NCBI RefSeq assembly: GCF_016433145.1
Contig: NC_058130.1
Location: forward strand, 21,740,670 to 21,804,669
From: Gracilinanus agilis
Lineage: Eukaryota
Direction of reading: 5' to 3'
Length of the DNA stretch: 64,000 nt
Shown: positions 1 through 9,800 of the stretch, piece by piece
Position numbering within the stretch: the first letter of the stretch is position 1
Layout of the letters: the number at the start of each line of letters is the position of its first letter
Translations under genes and position numbers: made by a program
The notes under the pieces: generated by a model
The model's database searches: none
Told to the model about the DNA's origin: nothing
Seen by the model: the letters and a program-made list of their open reading frames with translations, nothing else

Positions 1-1162
1 AGACAGCACTTTAGCTGCAAATTAGATGGAAAGGCTGAGGGGTCCTTAGATGGTTTTCCCAGATTCAACTATATTAGTCTGCTGGCTGTTTCTCCACTCT
101 ATAATCATTTCCTGTCTCCTGTCTGTTCTGCTAGTGGTCTGCCATGCTTGGAATATTCAGCCTCCTTTGACTCTAGGAATTTCTGCTTTCCTTCGGATTC
201 AGTTCGATCACTACCTTCTTTGTAAAGCTTTTCGGGTTCCCTCTAGTAGCCAGGACATGCTTTCCCCAAACTACCTAGCGTTCATTTTGTATATATTCTA
301 TTCTGTATGTACATCTTGTCTCTCCCATTAGGATGAAAGCTTCTTGAGGGCAGGGATTTTCTTGCTTTTGTCTTTGCATCTTCAGAGCCTCGCGCAGCAC
401 CTGGTACATAGAAAGTGCCCAATAAATGTTTTCAGATTGATTGACTAAGCAATGAAACTTTATCATTAAAGCGAGATTCTACTTCAGAGTGATGACCTTT
501 TTAGAAATAATTTACCACCCTGAACTTTCTGAAAGTTATTGCTTTTAAATGGCTGCACTTTCCTGAATGACTACATTTAATATGGGCAGCCCTTCCTCCT
601 CCCCACGATTTGGAAATAAATCATCAAGACTAATCAGACATACTCTTTTTATGATAATCAATCTATCAATCAACCAACACTTATTAAGTGCCTCCGGATG
701 TGCCAGGCACCAAGCCCAGTCTATCAGCCATTCTAGCGACTCTCAGGAGTTAAATTCAGATGCTAAAATCTTGCCCAATTCAGCATAAATCCTGACGCTG
801 ATAAGTTGGACTGATGAAAAGAATCAATATCCTGGACCAGATTTCACTTTTGTAATGGTTTGCAGGATCATAAATGATTTACTATAGGAAAAATATGTCA
901 GCAGGAGAAATAATGTTATCTGTGGTCCAAGTGTATTGACAATTTAATTCTTCGAGTACACATCATCTCGGCTTAATGCAGGTCTGATTATATTAAAACT
1001 AAGTAAACCAGAAATCAAGTGTTCATGGAGCTAGAGCCTGGATAGGGCTCTGTTCTTCTCTGTTCTTTTCATGGGCCAGCACTGTCCCAAGTCGCTTTTA
1101 ATGGTTTCCTGCTTTTTACATATAAATTAGAGAACTGATAAAGCTGGGACTGTAGCATTTTT

Positions 1163-1290
1163 TTTTTAGGTTGCCTTTTTTTTTTTTTTTAAAACCCTAA
1201 TATCTTTTGTGTATATGCTTCTATATTACTTTTATTTGTTAAAGAGCTAGGCAATGGGGGTTAAGTGACTTGCCCAGGGTCACACAGCTA
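1163..1290 (-). mobile_element. 5'-truncated SINE1_Mdo-type SINE
   Basis: CORE segment gcaatgggggttaagtgacttgcccagggtcacacagct, an interrupted poly(A) tail, and a 16-bp TSD ggactgtagcattttt at 1147-1162 and 1291-1306. Confidence 0.8.
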
Positions 1291-1747
1291 GGACTGTAGC
1301 ATTTTTGAAACAAAAATAAATTTATTTTACATAACCCAAACACTCAGATATGGAGGGCAAGGGCTGACTCGCCATTCTTCAGATTCCCAAGGCATCCTAC
1401 AGAGCCTGGTACACAGGAAGTGCTTCATAAGTGTTTAGCAACTCATAAAGGCAGAGCTATAACCAGCAATTCTGGTTCCTGGTGCTACACTCTTAGGATT
1501 TTCCATCTGCCCTAGAGATGAACTCATCTTCCTCAAGTATAGCTGGAGCCCTTTGAGAGCAGAGATGATTATTTAGTTTAGTTTAGTTTTTTCCCTATTT
1601 ACATTCCCGGTGGCTGAGCACAGAGCTTGGCACACAGGAGACACTGAGATTCGTTTCCGTTCATTTGGCTGCATCTCCCATATTGTGCTAGCTTGTAGAT
1701 TTAAGCTAGAAAGTTGGGTCTGTATATTTTTGTTCTAGACTCTATAC

Positions 1748-1940
1748 CAGTGATTCCCAAAGTGGGCGCCACCGCCCCCTGGTGGGTGCTGCAGCTATCC
1801 AGGGGAGCGGTGATGGCCACAGATGCATTTATCTTTCCTATTAATTGCTATTAAAACTTAACAAAAATTAATTTCCAGGGGGCGAAGTAATATTTTTTCT
1901 GGAAAGGGGGCAGCAGGCCAAAAAAGTTTGGGAACTACTG
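1748..1940. mobile_element. hAT (Charlie-type) MITE, 193 bp
   Basis: TIRs cagtgattcccaaagt / cagtagttcccaaact (13/16 match). 8-bp TSD ctctatac (1740-1747) / atctatac (1941-1948). Confidence 0.88.
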
Positions 1941-2899
1941 ATCTATACAATTGCTTGCTTTGACTGTAGTCAAATGGGTTGCTTTATAAGTAGTCTCCTG
2001 AGCCACTGTCCTGTTGATAACCAATTCTGGTTAGTAAATATAGTTGTACTTCAGGTGGGAAGAATCCAAGATAGGCGTGAATGACTTGAGTCACTAAAGG
2101 AGTGAAAATTTGGGAGAAGATGTGCCCGAGCAAATTTATCCTATCTTCTTGCATTGTCCTTTATGAGTTTCCATTGCAATGAATCCGGGATTTCGTGCTC
2201 AGTTGCTCAGTACCGATCGTCAACGATGCTCGGTGACTTGTTTAAGGCCAAGAACTCACTAACGCTTGTCTTCTTGACTGATTCCAGGTCATCCATCTGC
2301 CAGGATCTGCCATGACTAATAATCCTGAGGCAGCTAATTAAAAATCACTTACAGGCTGTACCCCAATTGTTCATCAAGACCGCTTTATTCTGTATTTAGT
2401 TCAATTCAACAAGCACTTAATTGCCTACTACTGTGTGCTACCAATATTTAACTCTATCCAACAATGAATAATTGCCTACTGTGTGCTAGAAACTGAGGAT
2501 ACAAAGAAAAAACTGAAGCTGCCAGTCCCTGCAGGGAGGGATAGAGGCATAAAGGGAGGGAACTCCATGTCTAAGAACATGGAGATGGAAGATGGAATGT
2601 TATTTATGGGGAACAGAGAGCATTAGTGCATCCGTCTGGGCAAGACGTGAGGTGGGCTTGGAGGAGGACGGTGGCCATGTGAGAGACAGTATGGGTGAAG
2701 ATGGAAAAGGTGGAGCACTTCTAGGTGCAATAACTCAATCCTCCTTAACTTGGAGAGAGACTTAGTGGAGAATTGATCTATGCCATTGAGTATTAAAAGG
2801 AAGGATTATGCCCCAGGACCAAAGCAAAGGGTAGAAGACAGAGGAAGACAGACATAGGCTTGACATCCAATCCTTCCTGACCATTGGCGTCCTCCAAAA

Positions 2900-3045
2900 T
2901 CAGAATGGGCTGCTTCGAGAGGCGCATACGGGTCTTGAAGCACAGGCTGGGTGATTGCCAGTCAGGTACAGGTTGGAGGGGTTTCTGTTCAGGAATGGGT
3001 TGGACCCGAAGGCTGTTGAGGGTCTTCCCAAATTTGAGATTTGGA
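2900..3045 (+). mobile_element. CR1/L3 LINE 3' remnant
   Basis: cagaatgggctgcttcgagagg...gtcttgaagcacaggctgggtga...gggttggac...tcccaaatttgagatt resembles the L3 3' end as I remember it. Confidence 0.65.
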
Positions 3046-3858
3046 GAGAGGATTCACTGTCTCCCTGTAAACAGGAAAATCCTGGCTGGTGGGTCATCCC
3101 AGAGTTATTCTTTATGATCAAAAGGATTAAACTTTTATGATCAGGGATTCAGCTCTAAATAATTGATCATCCCTTGAAGAGCCGGTCCAATCTACCATTT
3201 AAATTAAGAACACATTTTCTACTCTGAGCTGTTAACACTAAGTGACTACCATCAAGAGCCTGAGCCCACACGCCCATCATTTTTCATTTCAAAAGGCACC
3301 TTCCTTTATTAAAAAATTGCCTTATTAAATAAAAAAAATACAGCAGTGAATGTAAGTATTTCCTCTGACTCAAGATGAACACACTGGGCATCCACTGGAA
3401 GGCCATCTTCCCCAGGGCTTCAGGCACACGCCAGGTTTCCTCATCCTGCAGCTGCATTGCTTGCAGACAAAAGAAAGGCTCCGGACCTCTCCCAAGCCTG
3501 AGAGCGCCTCTGGGGACTTTCAGATGAGGATATTCCTCCATTAAAAAGCCAAGAATTGCAAGAGAATTGGTGGACAAATTCCACAAGACGCCATTCTGTC
3601 CATCTCTAAAGAGAGACCCAGCTGGGCCATCAGGGTGGTGTCTGGCAAACCTGGAGGAATCCATGGCAAAAGGGAACAGCAAGGCCACATGGAGGCGCTT
3701 CCTCTTCTTGGTGACTAAGGAAAGGTCAACCCCACCAGCAATATTCTGACCAGAATGTAGGGGATACATACACGCACACTCAGAGACACGCAGAGACACA
3801 GAGACATACACAGGCACAGACGTGCATGCACCCAAAGCAACTTAAAAGACTCTTCTTT

Positions 3859-4060
3859 GGGGGCAGCTGGGTAGCTCAGTGGATTGAGAGCCAGGCCTAG
3901 AGACAGAAGGTCCTGGGTTCAAATTTGACCTGAGACACTTCCCAGCTGTGTGACCCTGGGCAAGTCACTTGACCCCCATTGACTACCCTTACCACTCTTC
4001 TGCCTTGGAGCCAATACACAGAAGTGACTCCAAGACAGAAGGTAAGGGGTTAAAAAAAAA
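3859..4060 (+). mobile_element. Full-length SINE1_Mdo-type SINE
   Basis: gggggcagctgggtagctcagtggattgagagccaggcctagagac...gggttcaaat...gtgaccctgggcaagtcacttgaccccc...A-tail. Confidence 0.92.
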
Positions 4061-4084
4061 CACTCTCCCCATTGACTATCACAC

Positions 4085-4090
4085 TTTATT
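4085..4090 (-). terminator. Candidate polyadenylation signal AATAAA
   Basis: On the minus strand the sequence reads AATAAA-gtgtgatagt-CA-atggggagagtg-U-run, i.e. a CA 11-12 nt downstream and then a GU/U-rich element. Confidence 0.6.
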
Positions 4091-4463
4091 TTCTTTCTGG
4101 TAATACAAATGTATAATAAAATAGAAGGTGCCCAAGTAGGTTTTTTAACAGGTAAGAAAAGAATACAGTTTCTGGATATCAAGCCATCATTTACACATTA
4201 ACACTGCAAAACATACGAATTAATAACTCTTAATTGGCTTACATAAGAATTATAATTGGAAAGAAAAGAAATCAACTATTTGCTAAGAACAATAAGTACA
4301 AGCCCCCGGGGGCGTCCCAAGGCTCGCCATCCTCCTCTTCTTTCAGGGGGATTTAGAGGCGGAGGAACAAACTAGGACGGAGGCAGCTATTTTGGCCTCC
4401 CAACAGTAGGTACAAATAGATTTGATTCTCCACCAAACTGCATTTGATTGAAAGTGACCACGC

Positions 4464-4480
4464 GCTGCGCCACCTGTTGG
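4464..4480 (-). promoter_or_regulatory. CTCF-type motif CCAACAGGTGGCGCAGC in the 3'UTR
   Basis: Close match to the CTCF core consensus CCASYAGRKGGCRS. Motif match only; binding is not shown. Confidence 0.5.
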
Positions 4481-4562
4481 GAAGCCTTGACAAAGCGCTA
4501 AAGGATGCGTTTCCTGCTGTCCTGCCTGGGGGGCTGCTTCCTGCCCGATGGGGGGGCGACGA

Positions 4563-4675
4563 TTAAGCCAGTTCGTAATATTTGCCGGTCTGGGGATCGA
4601 AGTAGCAGTTCAGACACGGGTCGTACAACAGGGTCAGCACTTCCTCGTCTTCATCAGCACTTAAGTCGTCTTCGC
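4563..4675 (-). CDS. CFAP20DC: CFAP20DC (C3orf67) terminal coding exon, (G)[36 protein letters not shown]
   Basis: Matches the remembered C-terminus of human CFAP20DC ([37 protein letters not shown]). Acceptor is ttactccttcccacag|GC at 4676/4675 and TAA is at 4563-4565. The exon is 113 nt and starts in phase 1. Confidence 0.96.
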
Positions 4676-6589
4676 CTGTGGGAAGGAGTAACAAAGACGT
4701 GAGCCGGGAACCATCCCTCGCCAGGGGAACCTCGGCCTCTTCACCCCTTTCTCCCTCCCCAGCCACAGGCGATCTCCTCTTGGGCCGGACTGCCCACGTG
4801 AGCCTCTGGCCCACACAGGAAGCAGGATGGACCCCGCGCCCCTTCATTAGAAGAGATGGAATCCTTGGGGATCCCCTACGGTCAACTCTGTGCTAAGCAC
4901 CGATTTCTGGGGCTTCCAGGGAGGGGGTCCTTCCTTCTCCTGTTAGAGGAGGTGGGGGATGGGGGAGGCTCTGAGCCGGGCCATCAGGGCAGCTGATGCC
5001 ATAAGGATGCAGGGGATGCCAGGGCCACCCCCATTCCTGGGAGCACCTACAGCCCCAGGCCAGCCCTGGGACGCACTGGCATTAGATGGGAGAGCAGCTG
5101 GAGCTGGCCCCCAAGAACAAACTGCCGGGCTCCCTTTGGGGGCCACAAGAGGAGCCAGCAAAGGACACAGGAAACACACCAAACCCCAAACCTCCCCCTC
5201 GGGGTACCGCGCAGAGGGACCTTCCCTGTCCCAAAGCCACCTCTCCTCCAGGGCCAAGAGCTCCGTGACTCCAAAGGTGGGGGGGAAGGAGAGCACCTGT
5301 CTGGAAGCCTTTGGGCCTCAGGCAGGGCCAGGAGATCCCAGCATGGCCACCGTCAGGGCCCCCGGAAGAGTGGGTCAGGGCTTCTTCCTGCCACTGTAGT
5401 GCCCTGGGGAGGACGCAGAGCTGGGGGTCAACGGAGGGGAGTCTCCAGGCCTTCCCTTCACCACCTTCCCTCCTGCTTAGGCCTGGCTTTGCATGGAATC
5501 CTGGGCCCCCAGTGGGAGAGGCTCATACGGCCTCAGGAAGGCTACTTAGCCTTGTTTCCTCCCCTGTAAAACGAGGGGCTCAGCCTGCCCAGAACCGAGG
5601 TGCCCCCCCCCCAAACTTTCTGCAAGCACCAAGGGATCTGCTCAGCCACAGGCGGGGTGATGGTGGTGGTGGGGGACAGGCCAGAGTCTGGCACGTTTCC
5701 TATTGGCGGTGTCCCCGGCCAACGCCCTGGGCAGGGTCCAATGAACTCCGTAAGGCGGGAGCTGTTTGGAGCCCGCCTCAATTTTACTACAAAGCCTCAG
5801 CCTCGGGTGTCTAACGCCAGCTTCTGCCCTTCACCTCCTGTGCTGTAAGCCAAGAGCCTTGGCCCGAGGAAAAGAGACTTCCCCAATCATCCTCTGCCTG
5901 TGGAGGTTCATCATTTTGAGTCACCCACATGTTGGGGATCTCCGGCTCCTCCTTGTCGGGACTCAGGAATGCTTCCGGGAAGACTCCGAGCTTTGGGGTG
6001 CGGCTGGCTGTTTATGGCTCTCCCTGCGCTTGGCGGAGACATTGAGGGGTTCGCAGCCCCGAGGGAGGAATCGAGGCCTATCCAAGAGCTCGTCGGGAGT
6101 CCTCCCAGGAGCAGAGCGGCAGCTGGCGGCGGGGCCCAGACCCTGCACTGGGCAGCAGGGAGGGACGGGAGACGCCTCATTCCCAGACACTTTATTATCG
6201 AAAACCCGAGGAAGGAGGGCGGCCGGCGACGCTCTGAACTGGTGTTTCTATTGCTTTCATGTGTAGGAAACCGAAGTGCGCGTCTGCCTCTGTATGGCGT
6301 GCCCGGAAACTCCCAATGCTCTAAGGAATACCGAACTGTCCTATGGACACTGCATGGACCTATTGGATATACAGCTGTATTACGCTTTATACACAACAAA
6401 TACCATGTACTAATACTAAATATTCTACTTTTAGTGTATATCACGTACAACTGTGTGTGTTGGAGGCAGAGCCAGAGAATGGGGGGACGGGCAGGAAGCG
6501 CCCGAACCAGGACGCCTCCCTGTTGGAAAATCCCAGAAATGAAGAACTTCCTTATTTTGGTGCCTGTCTAGGATGGGGAAGGCGGCGCG

Positions 6590-6870
6590 CCCCAACGGAA
6601 AGAACCTGGGACTTGGAGTCAGATTCACATTCTTCCTCCGATAGGGATCACTTGGGGGGTCCATTAAGCAAATGTTTCCCCAGAGCTGGTGCAGGGGGTA
6701 GAGCGCTGGCCCCGAGTTCTGGTCTGACCTCAGCACTTACTAGCTCTGGGACCCTGGTACGTCCCTTCACCCTGTTTAACTCGGTTTCCTCATCTGTAAA
6801 GCAAGGGCCACCCTGTAGGGCAGCTGGGAGGATCGAATGAGGCCTATCTGTAAAGAGCACACAGAAGGCA
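6590..6870 (+). mobile_element. MIR/CORE SINE remnant
   Basis: ctgtttaactcggtttcctcatctgtaaagcaaggg...gaggatcgaatgaggc core and tail. Confidence 0.65.
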
Positions 6871-9800
6871 CCTCTGTGAAGGCTTATTTCCTTTCTCCCT
6901 CCATTCCCCGACTCCATAAGAGGGTTTCTACCTGCTAGCCTCAGAGGATTTCTGGGATCAGCGGGCTTTGTAAAGTTCAAAGGACCTTAGAAATATTATT
7001 AATCTATTAATAAGCCAATTTTTATATTTATTATAATTAATATTATATCATAATTATTATAATTAACCTAATAATAATTTCTTAAGAGCCTCCTATATGC
7101 CAGGCACTGAGTCTGGGAGATTTTAAACATATATTTGGTTATTTTGATTATTTTATAACGGGACTACCATGTGGGCCGAACCTCGGGGAACTAACCAGGG
7201 GAACAACCCAAGGAAGCCGGGTCTTGAGCAAACTGGGGTGACCCGACCCACCTTTGACACTGAAATGTTCTAATGTCATCAAAGGATTTTGTTTTGGTTC
7301 TAATGTCGTTTTTAGAGACTTCCACTAACATCATTTTGCCATTGTAATCACAATGTAATGAAATTATAATGTCATTAAGCAATTACCATTATGATGTCAA
7401 AGCAATGGGAAATGTTATGAAAAGTAATTACCAAGCCTGGGTACTACGAAACTTTCAATTACATTCTTGGATCACACGCAGTTTGTTTTTCCTCAAAATG
7501 GTAAATTGCTTTATTTCAGGCTGGGCCACGGAACCTAGACAATAATTTATTAACAACATCCCCCCCCCCCCCCAAAAAAAACCAAGAAAGCCCGGATAAC
7601 ATTTCCTGCTACCACTTGGAGAACATTTAGACCAGGGTCCAAATGAGGCTTTTTACCTTTTTTCCCATAATAAAACTATTTCTTGTTAAATAAAATTGCC
7701 TTTCATTTAATAATCAATTCATCAAGTTTTAGTCTCATCCTCTTTGAAATTGGTTAATGGCAATAACAGAAGAAAAACCAACTCAACCGTTGCTAATGCT
7801 GCGCTATTGGCTGCCTGCCCATCTGTCTGTTAAGAGTCATTCCTCCAGTTCACTTACTCTTATTGAAAGTCAATTAAAGTAAATAATTAATTATCTACGT
7901 TTAAGCATTAATAACAGTAAAAAAAGAGCAGCCACACTGCCCCCAAATCTATCACATTTTCAACCTAGACTGCCACTTGTGTGGAAGGCCAGCTCCTTTG
8001 AACACTTTGGAATTTTTTTACTTGTCCTTTCTGACTCTGCCGTGTAAAAAAATGGGGCCCAGGGATCCCCCTCTCTCCCATGTGGATCTCAGAAGTGAGG
8101 GACTCCTTTTCCACGTGCACACTAACACACTTGTTCAAACTGTTCAAAGGGGAAGGATATCCGTGTGGGGCAGCTTGAGCTGCAATCGATAAAGATGGTG
8201 TTCGGAGAGCAGATTCTCCCAAATGCCATTTCACTGAATCTGAGGCTTTCTGACTCTGCGGCGCATCCCTCGAGCACAGCGGCATCACCTTGGGTAAAGT
8301 TTGCTCTGAGTTGTGTTGTGCTCCCAGCAGATGGGAGCCCAGGGTTAGAACAAGATAAATGAAAGGCTCAGAGATGATTTCTTTGACAATACAGAACTGG
8401 AATCGTATTGCCGCCTGGAAAGCAAGTGAACGACAGGCAGGGAGTATTGATTGTTGTTTGGGCGTCAGCTGGAGAGCGGGTACATCTGACGCTGTGGAAG
8501 CCAGAAGCAATTTCTATTCTGGTGAAATGGCACTTAAAAGAGAATTCTGAAGGTTTGCTTCATCTCGAAGTATCCATATTTCACCGTGTAAACAATTTCT
8601 TATAAAGGCAGCGCCAACTTCTAAAAGGATGGCGTCCCCGAAGTCCGTTAATCAACCTTCTAACATCTTCCCAGAGAAGGGAGTGGGAAGCCTCTCCTGA
8701 CATCACCCGAAAGACAGGCAGTGGCGTAAAGGAGGGAGTCAGCACCGGAGCCAGACGGTCTTGAATTGGCCCCCTGTGCTCTAAGAAGCTCGGCAGGCCT
8801 GTATGATGCAGCAGTGGAGGAAGTTCCCTGGGAGTTCTTTCTGCCTCAATTTTGGCTGGCCTTGGATAAGTTACTAAAGCTCTCTGAGCCTCAGGAACCA
8901 CATGGGCACACAGGGCTGTGCCCTCCTTGCGGGGCCACTGCTAGTGTGTGCCAACTGAGAGCAAGCCTCCTTGGGGCAGGGGGTTCCTGTCTGCAGGAAG
9001 GTCCCCGTGATGCCGTGGCTGGTCCTCAGGCAGCAAGTACTCAGCCTCGTCCATCTCTGGCCAGTCCACAAAGCCTTTCCAGCCCAAACATGGCATGGCA
9101 GACCATTATCCCCCCCACATGGACTCTGTGAGCTCTTCATCACTTCTTCCGCCTCACGATGAGGCATCTGAGCAGGATGTGAGTGGACAGGAAATATTTC
9201 CAGCTGAAGCCACACTGCCCCAAATCCAACTCAACTACATTTAACAGACCTTACGGTACTGTTTCCATGAAAAAGTGAAGTATAAATTCCAACCAGGGGC
9301 ACAAGCCTACCTCCTAGGGGGTGTCTGCCCACCCACAAAGCCATCCCACCAATTCTTGAATCCATCTGGAGTGCAGATTTCAAGCTGGAAGGAGTCCCAG
9401 AGGTCCCTGAATCCAACCTTGCTTCACAGATGAGGAAAGTGCGGGCCTGAGAAGCCCAAGTCTCAGTCAAGGCTGGCTCTTCCTCTGGACCATGATGTCT
9501 CCCTCCCCTCATGCTCCTTTATGTCCTGCCCTGTCAGCATTTCTAAGGAGACATCGATCATGAGGCAAGCACTGATAAGTCCCTACTATGTCAGGTATTA
9601 GAGACACAAAAATAATTCCTGCCCTCAGGGAGCTTAGAGTGGGGAAACATACACCCCTATAGATGCAAGGGCGTGAATGAAGGATGAGAGAATCATTCTC
9701 CAGGTCTTGTTCTGAATTAGGAATGAAGGTTACTTGTCCTTAAAAGGGGCTGCGAACGCCCCTGGATGGTATTTACAGCCCTTTTCAGGCTCATTCCCAC

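Larger units (their letters stand above)
4065..4562 (-). other. CFAP20DC: Probable CFAP20DC 3'UTR
   Basis: Lies between the stop codon and the first downstream minus-strand AATAAA (tttatt at 4085-4090). The end point is inferred. Confidence 0.6.
4300..6700. promoter_or_regulatory. GC/CpG-rich tract over the last exon and the end of the last intron
   Basis: Many intact CpGs compared with the flanks (judged by eye). CCAAT boxes at 5702-5706 (reverse) and 5738-5742, and GC-box-like motifs at ~5753-5779. Confidence 0.4.

Noticed and set aside
3859-3935. tRNA-like A/B boxes (tagctcagtgg...ggttcaaat) at several sites
   Set aside because: Each is the tRNA-derived head of a SINE continuing into CORE sequence. 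There is no cloverleaf and no free tRNA gene.
4676-4847. N-terminal part of ORF 4563-4847 (MKGRGVHP...)
   Set aside because: It is intronic read-through upstream of the real acceptor at 4676/4675. Similarity to CFAP20DC starts only at GEDDL.
4943-6840. Overlapping 110-223 aa ORFs on both strands (e.g. 5900-6571 +, 5911-6450 -)
   Set aside because: They sit in GC-rich, stop-poor intronic DNA, overlap in several frames, run into a MIR, and resemble no protein family I recognise.
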